The position numbers and the translations under genes were made by a program. From the IMG/VR virus record IMGVR_UViG_3300008110_000044: a stretch of DNA of 64,000 nt, one strand, 5' to 3'. Shown here piece by piece: positions 1 to 12,700 of the stretch; positions within the stretch are counted from its first letter, which is position 1; every line of letters starts with the position of its first letter. The notes below the pieces were generated by a model. It did not search any database. It saw only the letters and a program-made list of their open reading frames with translations, and was not told the origin of the DNA. The stretch is from an uncultured virus (IMG/VR IMGVR_UViG_3300008110_000044) (lineage: Duplodnaviria; Heunggongvirae; Uroviricota; Caudoviricetes).

Positions 1-371
1 GTACCCTCAGCTACGGCTGTGGTATTAAGAGTTTGGAAAGACTTGTCTCCTCTCCAGTACTGAGATGTGGTACCCGCTGTAATAGCTGGTTCACCACCTA
101 GTCCAGATAATGTGTAAGTAGGTACATTAAGAGTATTAGACACAAGGGTAGCTGCTCCACTAGATCCAGTGGTAGTAAGAGTAAGTACTGATTGATACCC
201 AAGTCCAGTAACGTAAGTGCGTACCCAGCTTGTACTAGGTATCTTATTTGTGTTATCAGAACTATGCGGGTTCTCTCCTACAGTAAGAGTAGCTGGTAGC
301 ACCACGTGCCCGTTAGCATCATACTGTACTATGTTGACTATATGTGAGGTCTTCCTACCTTTGTTATTCAT
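1..371 (-). CDS. Tail fibre-like protein, N-terminal part (runs off window edge)
   Basis: Manual translation from ATG at 371: MNNKGRKTSHIVNIVQYDANGHVVLPATLTVG...GTTSQYWRGDKSFQTLNT, open to the edge; the NIVQYDA motif is shared with the fibre starting at 4833. Confidence 0.75.
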   Translation of the reverse strand, partial: MNNKGRKTSHIVNIVQYDANGHVVLPATLTVGENPHSSDNTNKIPSTSWVRTYVTGLGYQSVLTLTTTGSSGAATLVSNTLNVPTYTLSGLGGEPAITAGTTSQYWRGDKSFQTLNTTAVAEG

Positions 372-377
372 AGGTTA

Positions 378-3300
378 TTACTTATTTATCAATTGTTTTA
401 CTAGATCTTTAAGTTCTTCTATCTCACTCTTCTGTGACTCTATCTGAGATTGTTGTTCTTTAATGGCTTCTATTAACACTGCAGTAAGACCTTGATATCT
501 AACTGACATAGTTCCATCATCATTAGTTCTAGCTAATTCTGGTAAAACTTTTTCTACCTCTTGAGCTATAACTCCAATATCTTCTTTAATTTTAGTTAAG
601 TGATTAACTTCTTTCCAATCAAATCTATAAGCATTAAGTTGTAGTATAGATTGTAAAGCATTAGGTACTACTTCTTTAATATCTTTTAATCTAATATCAG
701 AAGGTGAACCAAAAGCTGTAATATCACCTGTTGCAACTATACTACCATTTGGATTAATTCTTACTCTTTCTAAACAATAACCACTTGTACTAGCTGCACC
801 AGATGGATTATAATTTGTGTAAAATGCAATAAAACCTTGGTCTGGACCATATGATGAGGTTCCACCAACAATTCTTGCATAAGGATATGGTCCTCCTTTA
901 AAGAATATACCAGTATATCTATTATCAGCACCAGTTGTGAAACTAAGTGTTAAAGCATCAGCACTTGTAGATCCTGAGAATACTTCAAGTTTTGAAGTAG
1001 GAGCATCAGTATTTATACCAAAATTACCACCGCCATTAAAATATGTATCTCCACCTCTTGAATTATTAGCTGCAATCAATACTTTATTAGTACCATTATC
1101 CATTAATCTCATGTAGCCGTCATTAACACCACTACCAGTATTACCAACATGAAATATTTCTTGTTCCGTACCTGTTAAATTTGCACGAACACCTATACTG
1201 TATGAAACATTTAAGTATCTACTTTCTCCAGTTGTTGGTCCAATTGTAACAGTACCACCACCGTATGTTTGCATTTTTACTGTTCCAACATTACCATTAT
1301 ATCCCCCAGAGGTATAACCCATACCACCATTTAAATATAATCTACCACCTTTGTAACCTACTCCATTATCAGAAGTACCACCTTTAATCATTAAGTCTTT
1401 TCCATGACCAGTTCCTTGGTCAGCTGGAGAAGCTCCTCCATTACCTTGTGGTGTAATAACAACACGTGAATCATAGTATTGACCAAGAACTAATGCAACT
1501 GTTGCACCTTGACCAGCTGTTCCAATACCATTATTTCCAGCAGTTTGAAACATGAATCTTCTTGCTTGAGTATCTAACTCAGCATCATAAACGGGCCAGC
1601 CTTTTGATGGAGCTCCAGCTGTAATACCATTTGATGCAACATGAAATGTTTCAGTTGGATCTACATTAATACCAAATCTAGCATCATAACCTCCACCTGC
1701 AGATGATTGTCTTAAATTAAAAAATATTTTATCTTCATCATCATCCCATCTTGCACCAAATCTTAAGTCACCACCAAATGAGGTACCAATATTTCTTATA
1801 TATGTACCTTCAGTGTCATTAGCATCATAAAAATTAATTCTACCTACACTATTACTAGCAGATTGAAATTGTAAAGTTGTTGCACTATTCCAACTACCAA
1901 TAACAACACTGTTACCTAGTGTTAAACTTGAAGCAACTAAATTTGGTATTGTTACTTGACCACTACTACTCCAAGATAATAAAGTATTATAACCATTATT
2001 TCCTGAATTTGGAGTAATAAAAGATGCTGCATTTTTCCATACATATTCTTGTCCCCAACCACTAAATGCACCACTTGGGTTACCACTTACATCTACACCA
2101 AAAGCTAAACTTTTATATGAGTTTGTTTCAGGTTGTCCTACAATTAATACTTTATAACTATTTTGATCATAGCCAAAACCAGAAGGTTTTAATGCTTGAT
2201 GAGCACCTATTGTAAGTGTATTATTTATAGAAAATGCCCCACCAAAGTAGTTTAATCCACCACTACTGTAAATTGAATAGTTAGTAGAACTTCCACTAGT
2301 TTGATTAGCAATATAAAGAGCGTAGTTATTTACAATTGACGCACCTGATAGCTTTTCTGCTGATGGAATATAAACTCCAAAAGTATTAGTTACTGCTGTA
2401 CTTGCTTTAATTCTAGCATTTGCAAATAATCCATAGTTATCTCCTGAACCTGCAAGTTGAGGGTCAAGTAATATAGCATATTGTGAAGTCCCTGTTGTAA
2501 TAGCACCTCCAATAAATATTGATGCGTATGTTATGTCGCCTCCTGCTGTACCAACTGCAATTCTACTATCAGCTAAAAACGGATTACCAACTCTAACATT
2601 AGATCCGTTATCTGTAATTACAGAATCATTTAATGATATACCATTTGCTGCCCATTTAGATAATCTTCCTGATGTACCACTGCCAGTATAACTAGAATAA
2701 TTGCTACTATTTAATAATGTATACCATGCAGATTGAAGAACTGAACCATTAAATCTAAATTTTCTTACAAATATATTAGCATTATTATCAAGATTTGAAG
2801 CAAATTGTAATGTATATCTTTCACCAGAACTATTACTAGTCCATAATGGTTGACTTAATACACCCCAATCTCCACTTGATTGTCCTGAAGGAATATTACT
2901 TGGATTAAATGCAGCAAAAAACCCACCTGTAGTTATAGCATTAGCATCACCAAAACTACCAGCATTAGGAGCACCATTTAATCCACTTAATGTTTGGTCA
3001 CCTGTATTTGTTCCACTTGATGAACCACTAAAATTTGTAGCAGTAATAGTACCTGCAAATGTAGCTGCTGCATTTGCTGCTAATGTTAAAGCTAATGTAC
3101 CATTTGCACCTGCTATAAAATCTGATGTTGCATTAACATAAAAATACAATGCTCCACCAACTCCTGTGTTACCTGCTACTATAAAATTACCCCCATTATT
3201 ACCTAATTGTAATACACCTTCTGCACTACTTCTTGTTCCTAAAATTGTTCTATATGAACCTGAATATCCAGAAGGAGTAAATGTAATTTTTGGATCACCA

Positions 3301-4833
3301 TCATTTAATAAAAGTTTTGTTGCAGTAATAGTTGAACTAAAAGAACCAGTACTTGCTGCTAACGCCCCCGTAAATTTACCAGCACCATTTACTTGTAATT
3401 TTTCTCCAGTATCAGATGAGCCATTTTGACCCATGTGTATTGTTCCATTTCCCTTAACTGCTATAACAGTAGAATCATCAGTTGCTACTCTAAAAGCAAC
3501 AGCATTACCTGCATATGGATCAGATGTATTAATTCTTGGAAGCTCAATAGAAACAAGAGCATTTGCTATAAAACCTATAGATGGACCATCAGATGCATAA
3601 TCGACAACTTGTAATCCATTGCTATCAGTCCATGTTCCAGGACTAGCAAGTGTACCGTGTCTTTGAATTACTACTTTATAATCAGTTTGATTAGAAGCTG
3701 CAGATAAACCTATTGATAAAGTTGGACTAGTATATGTAAATGCATTTGTACCTGAAAGTGTATTTGCACCACTCCATATTGCTATTCTTGTATCGGCACC
3801 TGTTCCAGTAACAGGATTAGTTAACAATGTTTGATAAGTACTAGCAGCACTACTTGTAGTTAAGTAAGTTGAGTTATCATAGGATACAGTAGTACCACTC
3901 ACCTTTACAAAACCTGTACCATTAAGCTGAGGCTGTTTTGTACCTATACTTGTAGCTATTGTTGTAGCAAAGTTAGGATCGTTACCCAAAGCTGCAGCTA
4001 ACTCATTAAGTGTATCTAGAGTGGCAGGAGCTGAATTAACTAGGTTACTAACCTGTGTATTAACATAAGTCTGGGTAGCATAACTATTACTAGTAAGATA
4101 TGTTCCAACTCTTGTGTCGGTATAGTATAATCTTGTTCCTTCAGTAATGTCAGAAGTAGTTAATGTTACATCTCCTGTTTTTGTATTAACAGCTGTTACA
4201 CCTCCTGTAACAGTAATTACACCTGTAGCAGAATCATATGATCCTGAACCAGTTACACTAATTGCAGCTCTAGCTCTAGCATTTGTAAACCAAAGATTTA
4301 CAGGTGAACCGTCTTCAGAAATATCATCAGTATAAAGAGTCCAAGTTCTATTTGCACTTAAATCTTGAGTAGTCCCATTAATCGTAATTGTTCTAGAAGT
4401 AGAAACACCACTAAGGTCACCTAAGGTAACTATAGCTTGTGTTGATAAAACTCCTGTTGAACTAGCTACTACCATTCTGCTTCCTGTTCCAGCAAGACTA
4501 CCTACAAGTACGTTACCGCCTTGTGGGTTTAATCTAAGAACAGTGCTACCTGTTATAGATGTACCATAATATCCTTGAATATCTGCATAAGAAGAAGCTG
4601 ATGTTCCACCAACTGTATGAACAACAAATGCATTATTACCACCAGAAGCTGGATTAGAATTTATTAATCAATCCACCATTAACATCTAATGAAAATTGAG
4701 TAGTATCATAAGGAGTAGTATTGTTAATAGCAACAGTTCCGGTAACAGCAAGCCTTGCAGGTAATGTTATATTATTACTTGCATCATATTGCACTATATT
4801 CTGTAAATATCCAGTATGTCTAGTATTGCCCAT
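378..4833 (-). CDS. Long tail fibre with C-terminal peptidase S74 chaperone; frameshifted at ~4657-4667
   Basis: 1365-aa ORF with fibre motifs (APATLDTLNELAAALGNDPNFAT, FGINTDAPTSKLEV) ending SDIRLK...LTAVLIEAIKE; its frame is open up to 4667; a 59-aa fragment starts at ATG 4833, coupled (TAATG) to the upstream stop, and ends at 4654. Confidence 0.8.
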
Positions 4834-7800
4834 TATTGTATATTATTACGTTCTAGTATTTCTTTTAGCTTATTGTTTTCTGCTGCTAGTTCCTTTACTG
4901 CTTCTATAAGGACAGCTGTAAGACCCTGGTAACGTACTGACATAAAACCGGTCTGGTTTTCTCTAGCCAGTTCAGGCAATACTTCTACAACTTCTTGAGC
5001 TATGACTCCTATATCTTCTTTGATATCAAGCTCACCACCTGGTTTTTCTTTCCAGTCAAACCTGTAACCGTTAAGTTTGTTAACTACTTGAAGAGCATTA
5101 GGAACTTTTTCTTTAATTTCTTTAAGTCTAATATCTGATGCAGAGCCATAAGCAGTAACATCACCTGTAGATACAATATCCCCTAAAAATCTGTAAGTAG
5201 CAGCATTGTTGTAGTCAGTAGCTGTTTCTGGTGCTACATAAATAGCAACTTCCTCTATACCAGTATCTTCATTTCCATCAGGATCTTGGTCTGACATTAT
5301 TCTTATTCTAATATCTCCTACAATATCTGATGATAATGTTCTTTCAAAATAGAATGTCTTAACAGGAGTTTTACCACTTCCATCATTTGTGTACAACCAT
5401 AAACCATCAATAATAGTATGATTGGTTAAAAATGTTTGATAGTTATTACCTACAAAACTTGGTTTTTGAGAAGCATTTTCAGCATTATTATAGTTATTAC
5501 ATACAATACCCCAAATCCATGTTTCATTAGCATTAGCAGTATCTACACCTGTAATTGCTATACCATCCATGAAATTACTTGAGCTAATTGAAGCAGACGC
5601 ATTATTCCAACCATCAGTACTACCACCACCTCTTACACGAATATAACCATACACCTTACGGAATGCTTTTCTATTAGGAATAGTAACTACTGCTTCACCA
5701 CCACTACCAGCAGAAAAAACACCATATTTTCTACCCATAGCAGTAACACCATTATTACTACGAACTTGTGTCAGATTACCTACTACACCATCACGAACAT
5801 GCCAACCATAAGCCAAACTATAGTTGTAACTACCTACAGTAATTGATGCAGGACTTAAAGATGAATAATTTCTACTTACGTTTAACGGCAAACTTGTTCT
5901 ATCATCTCCATATTGCTGTAAATTAAAGTTCCTAATTAATGCCCATGTATTAGGACTACTACTACTTTCATATATTGCAAAACCGATTCTACCACGAGCA
6001 ATACTTCTTGGATTCATAGTACCTCTAAATACTTCTGAACCTTCAACTTCTATAAAAATAACATTATCATTAACAGTAATTCTTATATGTCTTTCATTTC
6101 CATCAGCAAAATTTGGATTAAATGAACCTACACTATTTAGTGTTGTAGTACCTGATTGGTCTACTCTTATCTGATTATCACCAGTACTACTAACATTATG
6201 TCTAAATACTACATAGTCGTATGAACCAACAGAATCAGTATTATTTGTAGGAATACCAATAGCAAAATGTCTGTAACCACTTACCGGATTTCCTAATGTC
6301 AATTTGAAATCCATTGTAAAATTGTTTTCAACAATTTCAGAATAAACAACCATGTTACCATATCCTGCACCACTTGTCTTTGTAATTGATACCTCTGTTG
6401 TATCTCTTACACGAACAATGTTAGTAGCATCATTTATTGAATACCAATAATGTCCACTATTATTTGAGAAGGTAGTCTTTGTAGTAACAGAACCATTTAC
6501 AACATATAACTTACCTTGTGCAGTTGCTTCATCTCCTATAATTACATTACCATTACGAATCATAGCATCTGTACTAGACAAATCCCATAAAAACTTTTGT
6601 CCAATACTACCTATTGTTTCAGGTACAGTATTAATATAGCCAAATGAACCTCTAAATGAACCACTATTATTATAAAATTGAATATTACTATACCCTGATG
6701 CTGAAGTATTTTCTAATCTTAATACACCTGTACCAGACTCAGTTCTTTTAATATGTAATGCTGTTTGTGGGTTTATTTCACCAATACCTACCTTCCCACT
6801 AGGCTTCCAAGACATTATATCTGCATTGTCTTGTGGATAAGGATTAACACCATGACTTAAAGCAAACCTATCAAAAGTATTACTACCCGGATTACCCGTG
6901 TTCATGTGTGTACATAAACCATAACCTGAAACTAAATTTCCTGTTGTGGGATTAATATTCTTGAATGTCAAGATATGCCTCCAAGTAGTATCATCATCTA
7001 CACCAAACATTTCAAAAATTGCATCACTATCACATATTGCAAATGGAGTATAAGTTTTTGCAGCATAAGCACCATCAGCAGGAGTTGTCGTGCTAATCAT
7101 TCTACCTAAAAAGTTTGCTTGTATAACCTTTGCACCTGTAATAGTTTGAGCAGTTGCTAGTGTTACAAAACCTGTTACATTAGGTATATCAGAAGTTAGT
7201 GCTAAAGTACCTGTTGCACTTGGCAAAGTATATGTATATGTACCATTTCCTAATGTACTAGCAAATATAAACTGACCTGCAGGAGTTATTCTTGCAACAC
7301 TTGTATTTGTCGTATATGAATAAAAATGATAATTGTCTGTTTGACCTACTGCACTACGTAGACCTGTGTACCAATTAGGAGTTCCATTTGTTCTTACTTG
7401 TAAACCTGCTTCTTCCGAAGTACTAAATCTATTAGCATAATACCATGCTTGAACACCTGTTGGAGTTGAAATCTGCAATTGTCCTGTCATTGTACCACCT
7501 GACAATGGAAGATACGAAGTATTATCATAAGTTATTGTAGTACCACTTGCTTTTATAAAACCAGTTCCGTTTAACTGTGTTTGTGGTGTTAAGTTACCAG
7601 CATGCCATACTGTATTATCTTTATAGCTAAAATCATTAATTCCAACTTTAAGTGTTACTGTTGACCATGCATGATCTACTATTTCAAAAAACGAACTATT
7701 TGAACTGCCGCCTAGCTGCACAGTCATTGTTCCTGCACTTCTATCAGATGCTCTACCTATCCATGCTTCTCCTGTATTTGATAATGATGCAGGAAATCTA

Positions 7801-8421
7801 CCCATGATTGCCCCAACCATAAGCAGTATCCCAGTTACTTTTATTATAACCAGATATTGCATTAGCACCATTAAAAAAGTTTTGAATCTGTGCATCTGTA
7901 TAAGCATTTGTTATACCATACCCAGAAATAGTTGTTGGAGTACTTGTTATCTTAGACCAAGCAAGAGATGTAATCCAAGCAGGATTAGCATATGTACTAT
8001 CTGTACGTACATCACCTACTGTAAAAGATCTATTTGCACTAAGATCAAGAGCGGTACCATTTATAGTAAGAGTTCTAGAAGTAGGTACTTTTGCATCAAG
8101 AGCAGTCTGTAAATCAGTCTGATTAGATAGAGTACCAGTAATAGTTCCCCAGGTAGTTCCTACGGTTGGTGAAACTTCAGCATAAGCTGATCCTGTCCAA
8201 CGATAAATCTTATTAGTATCTTGGGCAACATATATAATACCAGTAGAACCTGTTGCAGGAAAACCTGCCAGGTTAGTATACTCAAGTATATCATCTACAT
8301 AAGAAGGTAACTGGGAAGAAGGTATCTTACCATCTACCAAGTCAGCTTTAGTGCTAAGATCAACACTACTGTTTGTAAGAGTGTTACCTGATATTGTTGC
8401 TATGTTACCGCTGTTAGGCAT
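4833..8421 (-). CDS. Long tail fibre with lectin-like region and S74 chaperone; split into 7798-8421 and 4833-7805/7907
   Basis: 207-aa N-terminal ORF (KADLVDGKIPSSQLPSYVDD..., ends WGNHG*) overlaps a 1024-aa ORF in the next frame carrying GKVGIGEINPQTALHI and SDIRLK...LTAVLIEAVKEL. Confidence 0.8.
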
Positions 8422-8437
8422 ATCTTAATTCATATTA

Positions 8438-10309
8438 TTAGTTTACTAAAGCTAATGCTTTCCATCCACTAGAAGTATAAGCCCAAAGACCTTCTGTACC
8501 ATCTGTCTGATAAATAATGCTACCTACAGAAGGAGATGATATAGCGGACTTTTGAGTAGCTGTCATTCTTGGAGGAACAAAAGCTTTAGTAGTAGATGTT
8601 ATAGTTAAGCTACCAGTAATAGTTTTATCACCAGTAATAGTTTCTGTTCCTGCAAGATGTACAACAGTATTATCTAGTGCATAACCTGCACTAGCGTGAT
8701 TACCCCATCCATAAGCTGTGTCCCAATTAGACTGAGAAGAAGTAGTAGGTATTGAGTATCCAGCTGTAAAAGTAACAGCAAGAGTACCTGATCCTGTAAC
8801 TGGACTATTTGCAACTGATAAACCAGTAGGTACAGAAAGACCTACTGAGGTAACAGTACCTACTGACCATGAACGATCAGCAGTAAGATCGTAAGCAGTT
8901 CCGTTTATAGTTAGCTGCCTAGCATTTGTTACAGGAGTATACCCAAGAAGTGTTGCAATAGACTTCATCTTGTATAAAGATGAAGAGTTCTCATATGAAA
9001 GAACTGTGTTGTCAGCCGGTGTAGCTGTTATCTGTACATTATGTAATTCTTGTAGCTCAAAACCGTTCTGTACTTTTACAAAAATCTCACCGTTATTTTG
9101 TTGAGCCCTTGTTACTATACCAATAAATACTAGATGAGCTGGAGCATATGGTTTATTAAGTAAACCAAATATAAGCTGACCATTGGTACCTAGCCAAACA
9201 GGATCACCAGCAGAAGCTGTAGATGTATCTATTCCTGCAACAAGTCCTTCTGTGACTACAAATACTATATCATTCTGTGCCCCACCAGATGCTAGAAGAC
9301 CCATTGTCTTACTAGATGTAGCTTCAGATGCATTAGATGCTTTACTAACAATCATGTTAGTTCCAGCATTTCCTGTACTGCTACTTACATAAACAGCAGT
9401 ACCTACTGTCATAGCTTCTCCAAGCTTTACGTAGTGTTGAATCTGACTTGTATAGTTAGGTATCCACGCTACAGCATAGTTTGTTGCAGAAGTCTTTGCT
9501 AAAATATCACCAGTGGCACCACCCGTTGGAAGAATATTCCAAGTTCTGTTAGCTGTTAAATCTTGAGTTATACCATCTATGGTAATTGTTCTGCTAGAAG
9601 ATAGACCTCCACCAGCTACCCATGATATAACTTCTACATAATCCCCAGCAACACAAGCGGTATTAAGAACTACAGTAGTTCCATTACTTGCATTAAACTC
9701 AGATCCAGAAAGCTTAGAACCGTTATAAAAAACATCAACTGCCCCTATAACGTAGGAGCAGGAAAAAGTTGTTTGACCGGCAGTTGCTGTAAAGATGCAA
9801 ATATCTCTAGAGCTAGGAGACTGCCCTACATAGTATGGAGAGTAAACAAAAACAGTAACAATATCATTTAAAGAAGCAGCATCGTCTAAGACAATAGTAC
9901 TGCTATTAGTAGCAGTATAAAGATCATCATTTATATATACACCATTGACAAAAACATCTATAAACCCAGGTGTATATCCTCCTGATACAGTGAATGTTGT
10001 CTGTCCTGCTGTTGCAGTAAATACCTGTTTAGTTCTAAATGAAGCAAGGTTTCCTGCTCCTGATGCTGTTAAAACCCCAGTAATAGCATCTATAGAAAGA
10101 CCAGAACCAACCTTTACACCTCCTAACGTACTAGCAGAGGCAATAGGTAAGCTGTAAGGTACAACGTAGCTTTGTACCCAGGCAGTTGTAGCCAGCTTGG
10201 TAGAGTTGTCATTTGCCGCAGGCGTCTGACCAGTAGCTGTATTATTTAATGTTACTACTCCATCTACCGTCAGACCAGCTTTAGCTAGTATGTCAGTTAG
10301 AAACTTCAT
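8438..10309 (-). CDS. Tail fibre / virion structural protein
   Basis: Two FTATAGQTTF...DVF.NG repeats, TINGTAYDLTADRSW and GTVTSVGLSVPTGL fibre motifs. Confidence 0.75.
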   Translation of the reverse strand: MKFLTDILAKAGLTVDGVVTLNNTATGQTPAANDNSTKLATTAWVQSYVVPYSLPIASASTLGGVKVGSGLSIDAITGVLTASGAGNLASFRTKQVFTATAGQTTFTVSGGYTPGFIDVFVNGVYINDDLYTATNSSTIVLDDAASLNDIVTVFVYSPYYVGQSPSSRDICIFTATAGQTTFSCSYVIGAVDVFYNGSKLSGSEFNASNGTTVVLNTACVAGDYVEVISWVAGGGLSSSRTITIDGITQDLTANRTWNILPTGGATGDILAKTSATNYAVAWIPNYTSQIQHYVKLGEAMTVGTAVYVSSSTGNAGTNMIVSKASNASEATSSKTMGLLASGGAQNDIVFVVTEGLVAGIDTSTASAGDPVWLGTNGQLIFGLLNKPYAPAHLVFIGIVTRAQQNNGEIFVKVQNGFELQELHNVQITATPADNTVLSYENSSSLYKMKSIATLLGYTPVTNARQLTINGTAYDLTADRSWSVGTVTSVGLSVPTGLSVANSPVTGSGTLAVTFTAGYSIPTTSSQSNWDTAYGWGNHASAGYALDNTVVHLAGTETITGDKTITGSLTITSTTKAFVPPRMTATQKSAISSPSVGSIIYQTDGTEGLWAYTSSGWKALALVN

Positions 10310-10320
10310 TAAGTATTGTA

Positions 10321-11532
10321 TTATTTCTTGATTACTACACGATATGCGTTAGAAGCTGGAGCAGTAGCAAAGCTTACTGTTACAACTGAACTAGATGTGA
10401 CATACACATCTGCAAAAACCTCTTCTTTTGTAGAGTTATCGTAGATAGCCACAAGAACATCTGCTGCATTTAAACCATGCGTAAGAGCAAATGAAGTTGC
10501 TGAACCATTACCAACGTTGGCAGCATAGCCACCAGTTCTGTTAGTAATATAAGTTACTAATTTATAAGGAGTTACAATACGTTCATCATCTAGACCAGCA
10601 TCAGTTTCTGCCTGAGTGGCAATCTCTGCAATACCTGTTCTAGTTTCAGTTGCTGTACGTCCTGCTAATTTAAGAGGAGTAACAGCTGCTGTATCGTTAG
10701 TACCAGTATTGGTTTCAGTTTGGGTAGCAATCTCTACAAGACCAAGTACAGATTCTGTAGCTTGATCACGGTTAACTTCCAAACGGATCCAGTCTGATTT
10801 CAGACTAGTGGATGCAGCATTTACTTTAGCAACAACAACGTCACCAACAGCAAAAGCTTCACTATCTACTGTACCTGCTACAGTTACGTACCAGTAGTCA
10901 CCTGCTTTAGTGCCCGCAGTAGGAGAAGATCCTACAGGGAAAGAACCAGATGAAGCATCCCAACCACCTTCAAGGTTACCAAGACTAGCTACATTAGCGT
11001 CAACGTAATCTTTAACAGCCTTAGTTGTAGGCATGTTGGTATCAGAAGCAGTACCATCAACAGCAGTTTTAATATCTACTGCTTGAACGTCTGCTGTAGA
11101 ACCAGTTACGTTAGCAAGAACTTTAAGACTTGCAATCTGTTGGATCTTACCAAGAGTAACAGCATTGTTATTGATCTTAATGGTTGTTACTGCAGAGTCA
11201 GCTAATTTAGCTGTACTTACTCCAAGATCTTTAATACGAAGAGTATCTGCGTTGATTTCAATAGTAACATTATCAACATTTACGTCAAGTGTTACTTCAT
11301 CACCATCTGCAGAATATGTAGCAGTAAGACCTGATCCTCCGATTACTGAACGAAGATCACCAGAGATGTCTACCCAAGCGGTACCATCCCAAAAATAGAT
11401 GCGAGCATCTGTTGTGTTAAAATAGATCTGACCAGAAACAGGACTACCAGGAGGTGTTCCTAGATTCTGGAGTGCTACGTTCAGAATCTGATTTTTGGTC
11501 AGGTCTAAGTTAGTTAAAAACTTTTTAGCCAT
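10321..11532 (-). CDS. Tail fibre-like structural protein
   Basis: EIATQ.ET repeats, VSTAKLADSAVTT motif, C-terminal THGLN domain. Confidence 0.7.
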   Translation of the reverse strand: MAKKFLTNLDLTKNQILNVALQNLGTPPGSPVSGQIYFNTTDARIYFWDGTAWVDISGDLRSVIGGSGLTATYSADGDEVTLDVNVDNVTIEINADTLRIKDLGVSTAKLADSAVTTIKINNNAVTLGKIQQIASLKVLANVTGSTADVQAVDIKTAVDGTASDTNMPTTKAVKDYVDANVASLGNLEGGWDASSGSFPVGSSPTAGTKAGDYWYVTVAGTVDSEAFAVGDVVVAKVNAASTSLKSDWIRLEVNRDQATESVLGLVEIATQTETNTGTNDTAAVTPLKLAGRTATETRTGIAEIATQAETDAGLDDERIVTPYKLVTYITNRTGGYAANVGNGSATSFALTHGLNAADVLVAIYDNSTKEEVFADVYVTSSSVVTVSFATAPASNAYRVVIKK

Positions 11533-11552
11533 GGGGTTTAGAATTATAGATG

Positions 11553-12104
11553 TTAATTAAAATAAGCTTTTCCACTAAAAGGTGCAGAGAACTGTAGACT
11601 AACACTGTTATTATTGTTGTATACAACTTCTCCAATAACCTCATTTCCTCCTGTATCAACAATTGATACTGCAGGATACTTACCCAAATTGTGCGTAATG
11701 TTCCACGTGGAATTAGCTACACTTTGTGTATGTATATAAGAAAACTCTACAGAGTCAGATATAAAAGTATTATCTCTATAGGTTAACTTAACTGTTTCAG
11801 TTGTTTCCGTTCTGGAAACATCTACCGCCATTACTGAACGGTTATATGCTTCTTGTATATACTGTATCTGAGTCTGAGTAAGTCCTACTTGTAACCATTG
11901 ATTACCATTCCATACGTAAAATGTATCTACTGTAGTATCATATACTGTGACACCTTCATGAGTAGAGTTTAGAGTAGACGCCATTGCTGTCCTCTCTGCT
12001 GTAGAGACAGGATGCAACCTAGCATTGAGTAATTGATTATTACCCAGGTCTATGTCGTGATAGTAGACGACAGATGTTGGTATAGATGATCCTTCTTCTG
12101 GCAT
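11553..12104 (-). CDS. Virion structural protein (short fibre-like)
   Basis: C-terminal HTQSVANSTWNITHNLGKYP...GKAYFN domain, paralogous to neighbours. Confidence 0.6.
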   Translation of the reverse strand: MPEEGSSIPTSVVYYHDIDLGNNQLLNARLHPVSTAERTAMASTLNSTHEGVTVYDTTVDTFYVWNGNQWLQVGLTQTQIQYIQEAYNRSVMAVDVSRTETTETVKLTYRDNTFISDSVEFSYIHTQSVANSTWNITHNLGKYPAVSIVDTGGNEVIGEVVYNNNNSVSLQFSAPFSGKAYFN

Positions 12105-12700
12105 TATGATAAGTAGGCTTTACCTGCTACAGGATTATTAAAGTATATTTTCATTCTGTTGTTGTCTATGATATCAATGATACCTTGTATATCATTACCA
12201 GAAATATCTTCTGTAAAGACATTTGGTATCAAATTCATACCATGATTAATATCCCATACAGTAGATGCTACTTGCTGGTTGTGTACAAAAGAACTATTCT
12301 GATTAATGTTAATAGCAGGATTAAGGTTAATCCTTGTTATACATCCACCAGAATTAATTTCTATAATGTTTGGACCAGCACTTACAGTACCATTATATCC
12401 AAGTGCAAGATCTGCACTCTTACCTTCTTCTGAGATAATATATCCGCGTCCGCCTTTAGAATAAAGAACGTCATCATAAGTAACTCCTAACCAGGTTCTA
12501 TAGTTAATTGAAGCTGTTTCAAGAGCTCCATCATCTTCATTAGCTTCCCAGTCTACTAGCTCCTTACGAATACTAGCAAGATCATCATCAATACTTGCCT
12601 TACAGGTATCTATCCCATAACGCAGTTTCTTGTACTGACGATGCATAGCTTCTGCAAAGCTCTTATAATGTTTGGACTTATGTTGTAGAAGGGTTCTCAT
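12104..12700 (-). CDS. Virion structural protein
   Basis: C-terminal HNQQVASTVWDINHGMN...GKAYLS domain, paralogous to 11553-12104. Confidence 0.6.
   Translation of the reverse strand: MRTLLQHKSKHYKSFAEAMHRQYKKLRYGIDTCKASIDDDLASIRKELVDWEANEDDGALETASINYRTWLGVTYDDVLYSKGGRGYIISEEGKSADLALGYNGTVSAGPNIIEINSGGCITRINLNPAININQNSSFVHNQQVASTVWDINHGMNLIPNVFTEDISGNDIQGIIDIIDNNRMKIYFNNPVAGKAYLS

Noticed and set aside
7798..7800. TAG/TGA recoding as in some crAss-like phages
   Set aside because: Read-through gives nonsense and another stop within 16 codons; core genes are intact in code 11; no suppressor tRNA (the TAG anticodon here is ordinary Leu)
378..11532. DGR or invertase shufflon acting on tail fibres
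   Set aside because: No reverse transcriptase, adenine-variant template repeat, recombinase or inverted cassettes seen
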